A DNA stretch of 63,816 nt, counting the filler, from Reclinomonas americana ATCC 50394 (lineage: Eukaryota): the NCBI GenBank assembly GCA_048213135.1. It is 6 parts of 5 records of this genome, joined end to end, with 100 filler letters (N's around TTAATTAATTAA, not from the genome) between each part and the next. Parts side by side here need not be neighbours in the genome. Positions count along the whole stretch, not along the records: positions 1 to 17,264 come from PS015293.1; positions 17,365 to 42,180 come from PS015294.1; 4 more parts are not named here. The stretch is one strand, 5' to 3'. Both the position numbers and the translations under genes were made by a program. The notes beneath the pieces are model-generated. The model was given only the letters and a program-made list of their open reading frames with translations. It made no database searches and was not told the origin of the DNA. This document shows positions 10,654 to 23,201 of this stretch, one piece after another (positions within the stretch are counted from its first letter, which is position 1; every line of letters begins with the position of its first letter).

Positions 10654-12271
10654 TCATTTTGTTGATGGTGGTGGTGGTGGTGGTGGTGGTGGTGGTGGCG
10701 GTGGCGGCGACACGGAGAGCGCTCTGAGACCACCGAGCGCGAAGAAGCGGTCGTGCACCTCGCGCCACTTGTCGTGTCGCTGCACATTCATGGCGACGAT
10801 TTGCACAAAGAGCTGCTCCCACAGAGGCTGCGGATTGGGATTGTCGGAGGCCACTCGATGATACTCGGGATACACGCGCACCAGCCGTCTGTGCGTCCCT
10901 CCCCCGCAGTGAGAAACAAACCAATGAGCAGCGGTGAGGCACGGGGCACATACCTGACTGGGGTGGATGAGCTGGAGGCACCCAGTTGTTGTTGCTCAAA
11001 AGCGCGCAGCTTGCCGGCCTCCTCGAGTGCCTCGGATTCGCTCACATTGAGCACCCGATTGACGGCCTCGGGACGCAACAGCACAGCCTCGGCGCTGGCA
11101 TACGAGTAGAGGTGGCACATGGCGACGAGCTCCGGTGCCAGTTCGCGATGGTGAAACTGATCGTACATGCCACTGTGTCGATGGTGCTCCCGCATGCGCA
11201 GTTGCGGCCGATCACGCTCGTCGAAAGGATCCACAAAATCGAGCCACTCGTTTCGCACAAAACTCTCTCGCCACGGATTCCCGTCAATGTCAACGCATCC
11301 GGGCGGCGTGCTCCAAGCGTACTCGCGCAGCACCGTCCCCGGCCCCGGCATCTCCAAAATGAACCGACCTGCATGCACCACGTCAGTTGAAGGAGTCACA
11401 GTCTACCTCTGCTGCTCGAGACACGCACCCTGCATCTGCTCAATCGTCGGCAGCTGTCGATTCCATTGCCATTCGTCGCGCGGCGCCAACTTGTCTGCAC
11501 CATCTTCGTCAGCAGATGGATCATTGGCCCCAACTGACGACGGACAGCAACTCACCACCCAGCACCTCACGCAGCATGCCCGCCAGTCGCCTCTGCTGCT
11601 CCTCCGAGCACCGAATGTCGAGCGAGAGAATGACACCAAAACTACGCAAAAATGAAGATCATCAGCGGTGGATAGCTGTGTGCGCGTGTGCGTGTATCGC
11701 TCACTCACGGACTGTGCTCGAACGCATGATCGCGAATCACATGCAACGCCTCACGCAACCGCACACTCTCCGTCGTACGCCCGTGCGACAACACCGGCTC
11801 ACCATCGGGACCATCAAACAAATCCACTGTCATATCAATGAGCGTCACATGAGAGTCGTCAATCACACACACTCACGCACATTCACGCACGCACATTCAA
11901 TGCATCGGCACTGTGAGGTGGTCAATGCGTGTCGAATGGCCTCGAGAGAGCACGCGGAAAAGAACTGCCATGTGCGCACACTGGTGTTGTGCGACGACTT
12001 TATGTACACATGACTGAGAGGTGCTGTGTGCAGATCGTGCGGGCCTGCAGGGATCATTGATACTCCAGGCAAGGGAAGAGGTGGTGGTGGCGGTGCGTCG
12101 TGTTGAAACACCCAGCGATGCTGAGCAAACAAGAATGAACAACTACAGTGCGACAACTCCAGCTTGAGAGATGTGAAGAGAAAGAGGCACCTGTAAGTGT
12201 GAGTGCAGCCATGATGCGCTGACACCAGTGGCGCCACAGAGGGCCAGTGTGAGCCACGGCCACAGGCGCAT
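10654..12271 (-). CDS. Phosphoinositide-specific phospholipase C, X+Y domains only, with putative signal peptide (multi-exon)
   Basis: X-box: PLSHVYIKSSHNT...[21 protein letters not shown]...HAFEHSPFGVILSLDIRCSEEQQ...LPTIEQMQGRFIL. Y-box: PELVAM...NVSESEA...RVYP...SDNPNPQPLW...QIVAMNVQ. Ends in poly-Pro then a stop. Confidence 0.85.
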
Positions 12272-12494
12272 CTCCTCTCTCGCCGGGACAGTCGTGATTT
12301 TGCGGGAAGTGGCTCGCGCGATCCACTTGAACCACGCGCGACTTTGACGAGCAACAGCTGCACGTGACAGTGGTGTGTGTGTATGCTTGTGTGTGTGTGC
12401 GTGCGTGTGTGCGTCACATGGGCTGACATTTGTGAAATTGTGCTTGTGTGTGCGCGCGCGATGTCGACTCTTGGTCAAAAAGAGCCTCCACACA

Positions 12495-15400
12495 ATGTCG
12501 GCGCCTCAAGGCGGTGCTTCAGGTGCCGCAGCAGCTGCAGCAGCTGCAGCAGCGGCGGCAGGTGCGCGACTGGCGGGAGTCACTGCGCAGATGCCGTGGT
12601 ATGGAGGTGTGATTGATGCAGGCGGTGCTGTGGCCACCCCGCTCCTCTTGCCACTTGTCTCGTGTGTGCCGCCTCCGTTTCTGTACCCGGCAGGTGGAAG
12701 TGTGGTTGGTGGGACGGGTGTGACGGCCTCGCCGCATGGAATGGCGATGCGACCGGTGATGGAGGTGAGGGCGGGGCGAATTGAAGTGTGTTACGACGAT
12801 CATCAAAGTGCGCACTTACACAACGCGCGTGCCCCAGGTGAATGCGTTTCCCGCCGAGATGTTGCAGCAGAGTTGCGTGTTTGTGTGCTGTCGTCGCCAC
12901 TGCAGTGTGTGTGTATGTGTTGATGTGCGGGGACAGGTCGATCCTATGTTGTCGATCCGCGACTGGCGCAGCCGGTGGTGCCAGAGGGTGAATCGTCGCG
13001 CGCTCTGCTGCATGCTCTTGACAAGACCAATGCCGTGTTCACGCAGCAAGGTGCATTGTCTGTCTCTGTGCGTGCATGTGTGAGTGTTCGTGATCTGACT
13101 CGCCGCCAGTCTTGCCGCCAGTCTTGCGTCATCCTCCACCGCCACCACCTGCAATGCCGGTAACACCACCACCACCACCGCCACCACCACATGTTCCTAT
13201 ACAAGCCGCCTCGCCTGCAGCAGCGCCACCTCCTCCTCCTCCGCCAGCGCCTGCCGTACCCTCCACTCCACCACCACGTGTTGTGGATTCCGACGGTGGC
13301 TGGGTCGCAGCCTTGCCGTCCAAGAGTCAGTCGGCCAAGAAGGCCAAGGCGACCACCGCTGCTGCGGTTGCCTACCGTCGCAGTGGTGGGCCACCGACAC
13401 CACCTGCTCCGCGTCCGACCGTGTCCGCCGTCAGCCCCGCTGTCTCGCTGCTGTGCTCGCCTTCCACGCCAGCACCCACGTTTGTCTCACCACCGCCATC
13501 AGCTTCGCGGCAACCACAGCCACCGCAACTCCAACAGCAGCAAGCGCAGCAACAGCAACAGAATGCCATGTCCGTGGAGAAGACGCCGCGTGTGGCACAC
13601 GAAAACGTTCGCCGAGATCTGTCGGCTGCGGTCAGCGCCGCTGCCTGTGCCCTGCAGCAGACGGCACAGGCGAGGAATCCGGTCAAGCGAAAGCCCTCGC
13701 TCAATGTCTCGCGCCGCTCGGTTTGTGAATCAGTGTGTGAGAGAGAGAGAGACATGCATGTGCTGCTGTTCTGCGCACCTGATTATGATTGTCGCGACAG
13801 TTGATGCCGACGGCAAGAGCGCCGCTCTCCTCCGAATCGTCCGATGAACTCGAGGCCGCGGCCGACATGTTCGGTGCGTGTGGAGAACGCGCGTGTCCCC
13901 GGTTGCTGATTTTGTGCGACTGACTCGGGCTGGGCAGATCACTTTCGCGAGTGTGCGACGACACTGGCGGAGGAGGCAGTGGAGGACGTCACAGACGCGA
14001 TGCTGAAGAACTTTGAGACCACGTTTTCTCGTGCTGCGGCTGCCGGTGACGGTGAGCTCGTACATGTATGGTACGCTCTTGGCGCCCGCTGCGTGCTAAT
14101 CCTTTGATCCTGCCAGGCACCACGGCCGACACGGGTCTCCTGCCGACCGTGTGCACCAAGCTGGAGGCCATTATCAGCTCTTTCTTCGACCGCGGCAAGC
14201 AGTTTGCCGACTTCCTCGCCGGTCCGGGAGCTCCCGCTGATCCTGCGCTGCTGTCGCTCTTGATCAAGAGCATGCGTGCCTCGTGTGTACTGTTGCGCGT
14301 TGTGGCGTCTCCAGAAACGCCGCAGGATCTACGCGACTCTACGGTGGGTGCAGTGGCGAAATGATCATGTGCGTGCGTTTGAGCTGATGTGCTGTCGTGC
14401 AGCTCATGGATGGCGTGGTGCGTGTAAGCGATCTGGTGCGTTTTGTGCTCGACACGGTGCTGTTTCCGTACTTTTCTCGCGTGTACGACGACAAGGCGCC
14501 AAGAGGTGCGCGCAATCGTGTTGGTGTCATCTTTGTATTTCCAGTATCCCTCCACTCACTCCCTGAGCAGCGACACTGAGTGAGGACGCCAGCAAAGTGA
14601 CTGCTATGCTCTGCGTTGTGCTGCGATTGCTGGCGCCTTTCATGCAACTCAATCACGCATTGCACGTGCCACTGGAGGATGTGTGTGCGCGTGTTTACGT
14701 GCACGGGTCCCTGGTGCGCGCCAATTCCTCCAGAGCCTACGACGATGTGGGCGAATTGCAGTCGGCGGCCATTGTTCTGCTGGTGCAGGTATGCTGAGTG
14801 ATACGCGACAGTGTCCGTCAGCGCTCGCTGATCTTCTGCATCACAGATCTGGCAGCACTCGCAAATGGACATGCGTCGCAGCATATTGATGGACCTGATT
14901 GTGCACCTGGGCTCCATGCCACGTCGTCGTGCCGTTGTCTTGTTGCGTTGGTGTCACGACTCATCATTGTGTGGCGCATCTTGACGAGGCTGCGTGCGTT
15001 TCACAGTGTGGCGGGCTGCGAGCACCGACCGGCGGTGTTCACTGTGCTGCTGTTGGAGCTGTTGCAGGCTTCGTGTCAGCTGCCGCCGCAGGCATCGGCT
15101 CTGTCGGCCGACATTATTATGGAGGGCGAGGATGTTGGTGATGCGTGGTCCGAACCAGCCACGGTGCTGCGCGCCCTCGAGGAGTCCAATCAGGCTCTGT
15201 TGCAGTGCTGTAAGTTCTTTGCCACCAATGTGATTGCCAGGTTCTTTTCGTGATGAAGAAGACACGCGCGTGCTCTACGTCACACTGCATGTTGCTGATG
15301 CCGTTCGTGCGGTTGCTGCGGCAGGTGGCTGGATGACGAGAGGTCGGCTGCCAATGTCCGCAAATCGACGCGCGAGACCGTCTTGCGTGATGTGATTGAC

Positions 15401-17264
15401 TTTCTTCTCACCGACTTGTGTCAACTCGTGGATACTCCCGAGTATCCTGCGTCGTCGCTGCTGTTGCTTCGGTTCCTGTTCGATGAATTGCACGCGGTTG
15501 TGATGATTGCGGACGCGAAACTCAAGGACGGCAAGGCGGCCGCAGTCGAGATGCTGGCGCGCATCGGTGCCCGTGTTCGTGGCTTCTCCACCAGTCGCCT
15601 GGACGCGTTCATTCGACCGCCTGCACACGTGTGGCAGGTATTGTCGTTTCGCGATCTTGAGAGCGTTGCAGCTGCATTGGCTCACACCCTGCTCCAGCCC
15701 ATCGCCTACGCAAGTCTCAACGAGGCGCCTGTGGAGTGTGTCTGCAAGAAGGTGCATTTTCATTTCAATTCGTTATCATATGCACACGCACGCAAAGAAA
15801 CTGACGTTGGCGTGTGTGGCGCGCAGCACGAGCCGGGCCGAAGTGGAAATCTTACTGCATGCAGCCGCTGCTCGCGATGGTTCCACAATCGGTGTGTGGA
15901 TCTGCCAGAGATGTGCGACGTGCCGAACTGGCTCTGCGATGACTGCCAGTTGCGACATGTGTGCACTGTGTGCTGGTCGCGACTTTGTCTCCTCACGCGT
16001 GGTACCTCGACCTGCACAGACTGGTGCAGAAAGTGGCACTTGTGCGCACACTGTGCGGCAGTACCGCTTCTGCTTCCACCACAAGCAGCAGCGCCAGCAC
16101 AGCAGTGGCCATGTCGGTGGACGTGCAGAATGAAACCTCTGGCAGTGCCGACGCCGTTGCTACCTCTGACGAACTGCGTGCGGCCGCCATTCTACTGTTC
16201 TGCGAGTTTCTGTCGAGCAATGCAAGAGGCGGTGTGTGGTGTCTGCATGCATTTGCGTCATTACGCCTGTGTTGTCCGCACGTGTTGACGCTGCTTATGC
16301 GCACGCAGCCTTTGAGACCTCGCTGTTGTGTGCGCGTCAGTGTGCTATTGCCGATTGGTGGAGTCGATCGTCTCTCGCAAGTCGCACAGCGACCGCTACC
16401 GACGAGGCTGTTCGCTCGGTTCGTGGCTCCCCATCTCTCTTTGCTCGTTCTCTCGGGTCGGTATTTTGCGTGACATGTTGATATGCAGCAGAAGCCGGAG
16501 AGGAAGCGTCGAAAGGTGGAACCCGCGAGCGCACCGCCACTCAGCTCTGCTGATTTGGTGGCCGTGGCGTGCTTCCGAGAGAGGCCCACTGGTGGTCGTC
16601 AGCGGTGAGTGAGTGTGCATGTCATGATCGTGTGTAGACTGTACTGAGCAGAGCCGGGTTGGGTGCGCAGGATGCACGTGTCGCGTTTCCGAGCACACGA
16701 GATTGCGCGACTCCTGCGACTTTCGTTCGCCGCAGTGAACAAGTTGGTCCACGACAGTGTCGGCGTGGCGCTCAGTGTGTTGCACAACGCGGGCCCTGCG
16801 TTGTTGCAAGCGAGCGGAGCCAAGGCGCTGAAGACGCTCATTTTCACCGACCATTCTCTCTTGCGCACCGATGTTTCGTGCCCCGTACACACTCTGCGCG
16901 CGTCCATCTGGTGGACTCACTGTTGTGGTGTGCGACAGCGACGCATCGTGAAAACCATTCAAGACTCGATGTCGTCGAATTCGGCCAGCGTGCGCGCCGA
17001 GGCCATCTTGCTACTCGAGCAAGTCATTGGGGCCACGGCGGCGGAGGACCACGACGCTCTCTTCAACATGGTGGTCGGCATGTTGCAAGACCAGAGTGTC
17101 ACTGTGCGCAAGAAGACAGTGGAGCTGTTGATTCAGTTCTACGCCCCGGATCCCTTCCTCGATCGCAACGTCGAGGTGTGTATCCAGCTAGCCGGCGCCA
17201 ACACTGAGGACGTTGACCGCGCAGCAGTTGCGCTACAATCCACCTGCGTTCCTCGTCCTTTATG
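12495..17264 (+). CDS. SCC2: Cohesin loader SCC2/NIPBL homologue with internal PHD finger (multi-exon, 3' truncated by gap)
   Basis: Pro-rich N-terminus; FLLTDL...PEYPASSLLL; CVC...CSRCSRWFHNRC...WLCDDC; HEAT repeats SASVRAEAILLL and LQDQSVTVRKKTVELL. Confidence 0.78.
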
Positions 17265-17364
17265 NNNNNNNNNNNNNNNNNNNNNNNNNNNNNNNNNNNN
17301 NNNNNNNNTTAATTAATTAANNNNNNNNNNNNNNNNNNNNNNNNNNNNNNNNNNNNNNNNNNNN
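17265..17364. other. Assembly gap linker (N44-TTAATTAATTAA-N44); repeated around 42225, 49224, 58261 and 62532
   Basis: Identical 12-mer with stops in all six frames, centred in 100-bp N blocks. Confidence 0.97.
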
Positions 17365-17401
17365 GGGAGAGGGAGAGAGAGCACAGCCCCATGTTCCTCA
17401 C

Positions 17402-17795
17402 TCTGATACGTACCGGTGGCGGTGGTTCGTGGCCGTCGACCACCAGTCGATGACAGTGGCGAGGAGGAGGAGTGAATCGGTGACAGTGGCGGCGGTGACC
17501 TGCTGAACTCGAAAAACATGGTGGCCGCCGTCTCGTCGTGACTGTCGTCGCGGTCGACACTGCCAGCATTGTCCTCGCACGCTTGATTCTGCTGCGCACC
17601 ACGCGGGCCACGACGACTGACACAAAAGAGGCCGGGGGGCACACCGCGGTCCACTCGCGGAGTTTGAAAGTGCAGTTTGCGACTGCCTGCTGATGAGATC
17701 GTGGACGGAGAAAGTGAGCCGTCGACCGCCACTGCAGGTGGCAGCCGGTGGCCACCACCAGCATCTGCGGGAAACGACTGTCGCCTCCTGTCCAT
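17402..17795 (-). CDS. First exon of a hypothetical Ser/Pro-rich protein (rest lost in gap)
   Basis: ORF MDRRRQSFP... ending at a GTGAGG donor next to the gap. Confidence 0.45.
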
Positions 17796-18009
17796 GACGA
17801 GATGAGAGGAAAAACGAATCACGCAAAGGAGTGAGGATGAGAAACGAAAAAAACTGATCGTCCCGTCGCAGCGGATTTACGGATGAATTACGGCTCCGAA
17901 GCTCGAAGTTTTTACTTTTTCAACTATCGTGCTTGTGCCGCCGCCGCTGCTGCCAGGTCTTCGTCGGTCAACACAAAAGCATAGCGCGGTGTGACAAAAG
18001 CACCCGATC

Positions 18010-18486
18010 TCAGCAACAGCCACTCGCTTCTGTCAACAGCACTTGCAGATCCGGATCCNNNNNNNNNNNNNNNNNNNNNNNNNNNNNNNNNNNNNNNNNN
18101 NNNNNNNNNNNNNNNNNNNNNNNNNNNNNNNNNNNNNNGCGCACAAACTCCTGGCGCACTGCCTCATGAGCGCTCTCCTGCGCCGCGGCCTCCTCTCGCG
18201 CTGCTTGTCGTCGGTCGATCATATTCTGCACTCCCGCCGTGACGCCGGTGGCGTCGGCGGCCAGCTTCAGCGGAATAGTCACCGGCGCCGCAAATGTCAC
18301 TCCCGCACTCAACACTCCGGCCACCGTGCCACACACAAACGTCACCCAAGCTCTGTTGCAGTCGCCGTCGTAGAAGAGTGCAGTCTCCGTGGCTTGAACG
18401 ACGGCAGTTGCCACTCCCGTCACCGCAGCCACGTACTTCCACGTGCCATAGAAGCCGATGAGCAGGCTCGTCACCTCCACAATCAT
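18010..18486 (-). CDS. Hypothetical small membrane protein (interrupted by gap)
   Basis: Gly/Ala/Val-rich hydrophobic segments followed by a charged helical tail. No family recognised. Confidence 0.4.
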   Translation of the reverse strand: MIVEVTSLLIGFYGTWKYVAAVTGVATAVVQATETALFYDGDCNRAWVTFVCGTVAGVLSAGVTFAAPVTIPLKLAADATGVTAGVQNMIDRRQAAREEAAAQESAHEAVRQEFVRXXXXXXXXXXXXXXXXXXXXXXXXXXXDPDLQVLLTEASGCC

Positions 18487-19126
18487 GTGTGCGCGCTCTC
18501 AAGCGAGTCTTCCGTCTTTGTTGTGGCTGTTGTCCTCCAAGCTGTCGATTTCCGGCAGACACGACGAATGGCACATTTTCTACGCTCGCAGTCGCCGACT
18601 GTGCGGTGTGGATGGAGTTCTCCGTGCACGTGAAGAAGCGAAGTGCCACTCCCATGCTGCCTTTCTCAAGTTCTTCCGAAGCTGTCACCGAAAAGTGAAG
18701 ACAATTATACCCGTATGCGGATCCAACGAACGCGCAATGCATGCACCATGCGATGTTGTCTTTCTGAGCGCGCAGGAGCTTGTAGTAGGAGAGATATTGC
18801 CGACGATGCTTTTTATGGTTGACTTCAACTCTTGCGGATACGAACAAACCGAACAAAAGCTGGCAACTCACACACGTCTGCCTTGGATGGTGTCAGGCGT
18901 CCGACTTCACCGCGTTCTCATGTGTCCCAGTACTGCCAACAACGGGCACGGTGAATGGCCACCGTCGCGGTGTGCGTGGGCGTGAAACGCGTGTGACAAC
19001 AAAAACCGAACAGCAATTCCGGTTTGGCGGTTTGTCCCGAAACATCAGTGTGAACGAGAAGACGAGCAAAGAGAGCCTGCCTGCTGCTATTGCTGCCTGC
19101 ACAGCGACACATTTACGCTCACGTTC

Positions 19127-21980
19127 ATGGGTTGTGGAGCTGCGAAAGCGGTGGCGCGCGTGGTGCCAGTGGGCACAATCCCGGCGAGCGGCATTGTGAA
19201 GGCCGCTCACAAGGGCTCGGTGGACCACACCGACGACACAGTGACGACGGCGGGCACCGGCGACGACCTGTCCACCGTGATCGTGCACTCGTCGAGTCGT
19301 GGCACGTCGGCCAACGTCAGTCGGGAGCCGTCGCCACGGCGTGAATCGCCGCAGCAGCAGCAGCTGGTGCGTCACACCACACACTACAGCAAGAGTGGGG
19401 GCCCAGCGGCGGGCGGCGCTGAGTTGCCGCCACTCAAGGGCACCCCTCGTGGATCATTCCGCGTCAATCCCAGCGATCGCCGACAGTTGCGAAACAGAGA
19501 TGCTGCGGAGTGTGTGTTGTCGTTTGCTCACGAATCATTTCCGATCCCAACCCAGGTCGGTCGCACTTCCAAGAGGCTCAGAAAACGCCACGAGTGCATC
19601 ATTCCGCGCCGCAGGAACAGGCGAGCGCCGACAGTTGCGGATCGACGCCGTGCGTGGAGGTCACGTTTTTTTGAGTTGTCTGACATTTTTTCTCCCTTCG
19701 AACAGCTCGGTGGCTTTTGCAGCTGCAGCCAAACCCTCAAGGTGAGGAGCTGGAACGCAGCCACCCGACTTCTCTCTCAGTGTGTTGACTCATTCGTTGG
19801 TATTGCAGTGAGGCGGCGGCGTCGACGACGGACGCGAACGGGGCGGACTTTGATCCGACCAAGTGCCCGTGTGCACGTCGGTTGTCACGCATCGCTGCTG
19901 GTCTGCGCAGTCGGCGCAAGTCACGGCTGCTGTCGGAGCTGTCCGCACCCGACTCACCATCGGCGAGCGAAGATCGGCGAAGTCGGCGTCGCGATGGATC
20001 CGATCACTACGACTCGTCAGAGTCACCAGCGAATCGCGTCTCGTCGATCCCAAGCACACCGTCGCAGCTGCTGCCGTCGAGACCTGCAGAGGCAGTACCT
20101 GCACCAGTATTGCTCCCGTCATCACCCACACTTCCGCAGACGGTGGTTGAGTCACCAGCAGCGGCACCACCGCCGGTGGCCGACAAGGTTCACGTGCAGT
20201 CGCAGTTGCCGCCACTGGTGACCAATTTGTGCAAGCGAGTGGCCGGCTCGTCGAGTTCCATGCGCCTCACGGCGGCGAGCGAGGCAGGTGTCGATCCATC
20301 GGCGGCAAGTGAGGTGAGTGCGATCGCCGCAGAGCAAGGTAATGCAGTGGACTCACTCCTCCGCGACAGGCACCTTTATCCTCTCGATCGCGCGGTACCG
20401 GTGGTACCGGTGGCAGCACCAGTGGGCGACCGACGCGGCGTACCGATGTCGAGCTGGATCCTGTGGAACAAGGCCTGCGTCGTCACGGCTCCCGGCGCAT
20501 TGCTCCACCTCCACCGCCACCATCACACGACGGGTATGGTGGTGACAACCGGCGGCATTCTTCGCATCGGGATCGACGAGAATCGATCGTATACGACGAC
20601 GGTGGGAGTGGCTTGCGACGACAGGGCAGTGCACGACACGGCTCGTCACATCGACGCATGTCGACGATCGAAGTGGAGCCGGCATATGCCCGAGGCGCAT
20701 CAACGCGTCGCATGTCGCACGTGCACGATCGCGATCACGATCGACGAGACTCGGTGGATTATGCCGATCACGGTGGCCATCGCCACCAGGGTCGACGAGG
20801 CTCTCGAGCGCACGTGGACGACTACACGTACGGTTCGCCATCGTCGAATCATCATCGACGCGGATCGCGCGATACTGCCGATATGTACGATCGCGATCCG
20901 TACGCCGGCGATCGCGATCCGCCGTACCGAGGGGCACGGCGCGGTAGCCGACGGCACAACACTTACGACGGTGGCGACTTACTCGGTCTTGGAGACTCTG
21001 GCAGAGCCGCTTCCATTCGCGTGCATCCGTCGCGGTTGCGCGAACAACAGGAGGAACAGTTTATCCGACGGTCGACGGCGTTGCGACTCGACTTGCGTCT
21101 CGACGAGTACCTGCCCGATGGACGCATGTACAAGGGACCGTCCGTCGCAGCGTGCCTGACTCCCGATGCCACTCTCAACGATGGTGCTCCTGATCCTGCT
21201 GCCGCAGCCGTCGTCGATGCGGGGTCGGCAGAGTCACCATCGTCGGTATCGCCGGCTTGCCGACGATTGAGCGATGCGGACTCACCACCGTGTCCACCTC
21301 GTGATCGGGCTCCAGTGCCACAGATATCGGTTGTCGCCGGCGCCACTGCGCGTGCGGCCGCTGCCAACTCTGCGTGCCGAGAGAAAGCGGCGCCCAGTGT
21401 ACACGTGCAGCCTCCTCCCGCCGACAGTTGCGATGTGGATGCCGGTGGCTCTCTGCAGCTGGCCATGTCATCGCCGTCGTCGGCCGCAAGTGCCTCTGGG
21501 CCTCAGCGGGTGCAGATGCCACAGCGCGCACGGGGGTCGGTCGTGATAGCAGAGGAGGTGGAGGCGTCGGCGGACGCATCTCCTCGGTGCTCGACGCCAT
21601 TGTCGGAGGCCGCACTTCGGCAGGCAGCAGTGTCGAGACGGAGACCGTCGCTCCTCCTGTCACAGATACAGCAGAGTGCCGTAGAAGAGCTCAACAAGCG
21701 CCGAGCCACCGGCGACCCGCTGTCGGTGAAGGAGCTTGAGGAGGCGGCATCGAAGCGTGCTATCGCCATTCTGGCGGCCAACCGCGAAGTGCTGGACACC
21801 GATGACGACGACGACGACAATGGCGGAGCCACGCCGTCGCCCATGCCGCTGCGGCGCGAAGACTCGTACACGCAGTTGTTGGGAGAAAAAGGGCCCACTG
21901 TGGCTCTGGCCGAGCTCGTGCGTCGCGAGGACATGCTCAATCGAGTTGAATCGTGGCGTGTGGATGTGCAAACGCAGTGA
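19127..21980 (+). CDS. Low-complexity protein with N-terminal MGC acylation motif (multi-exon)
   Basis: Starts MGCGAAK; Ser/Pro-rich and Arg/Asp/His-rich exons; long terminal ORF 20463-21980. Confidence 0.55.
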
Positions 21981-22043
21981 AAACAACAGTCTTATGGTTC
22001 ATTCTTAATTCATTATGCTTGCGCTCCCTCCCCCACCATCACG

Positions 22044-23181
22044 TCACTCGGCAAATCGTCTGCTCAGCTCCTCGTAGTCCTCGTGCGCAACGAGGCGATG
22101 CACGCAAATGCTGTGCTCCGTGATCGGTTCCACGGCGTAGCGCTTCGACTGGCCGGGAGCATCGTGGAAACGCGTGTCCGTCACAAAGTGCACCGGCACA
22201 TCGGCGCGGGCAAACCAGTACGACAACGAGCAATCGTCATATCCCAGCATCTCCAGAGCGGACGCGATTGGTACTCGCCGCAGCCAGGCCACCAGGTCCC
22301 ACGACAGCGTGACCACGAAACCCAATGGAAACTCGTACACAGCACCACCACGAGTCGCCGTGGCCGGTGAACCCCATACCAATCGCTCCCGTGGCAGCCG
22401 AGACAGCTCGCGCTCAAACGTGACTGTGCGCAGCACAATGTCTGGATCGCACTTGGCCACGTACCGCACAAGTGTTCCCTGGTAGTGGTCGTGTGCGGCC
22501 GCAAACCACGCTTGGAGCTTGCCGGTGTGGATGTTCTCGCGAACAGTCAGGAAGAACAGGTCGCCGTACTGCAGCTGCTCGGCGTGCAGCTGTGCAGCGA
22601 CCCGCGCCGAGCGTGGACCGCCAAGCACGAATACTACTTGCACTGTGCCGTGTGGATTGCGCGTGCGGTGGTACACGTTGCTGAAGCGCATCCAGGTCTC
22701 ACGCATAGTATTGCGCGCCTTGAGGCCGGTGTCGATCGAAAAAACACCGAGCACAATCGTGACTCGTGAACCCGGTGGGGGTGGCGGATTGGCCCGCACG
22801 AACCGCAAACCGCAGACTGGACATTGCACAGTCGTCGGCTCGTTGCGACCGGAGTCCAGCACAAACCCCGCGCTGTACGGACACAAGGCCGGCACTGCGC
22901 GCTGCTGCCGCGACTTGGAATCCGCCTGAGCAATGCGCAGCGAGCGCAGCGCGTCGTCTTCGCTAAACACTCGTGTCTTGGCCGGTGGCGGGCACGGCAT
23001 GGGTGGTGGCGCAATCCGCGGCGGTCTCGGTGGCTGCGACAAAAACAACAACAACAACAGAAAACAGTTGCTCAGGCGCTGGCCAAGCAACAGCGAGCCA
23101 CACAGCACAGCTCACCATAAAGTGCGCGACAAAGCGCTGCATGTAGACAGGGAAGCAAACATTGGTCAGCAATCCCATCTC
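22044..23181 (-). CDS. Beta-1,3-galactosyltransferase-like protein, GT31 family (5' end in gap)
   Basis: RNTMRETW, VVFVLG, EQLQYGDLFFLTVRENIHTGK, YVAKCDPD, LSWDLVAW, DDCSLSYW. Confidence 0.8.
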
Positions 23182-23201
23182 NNNNNNNNNNNNNNNNNNN
23201 N

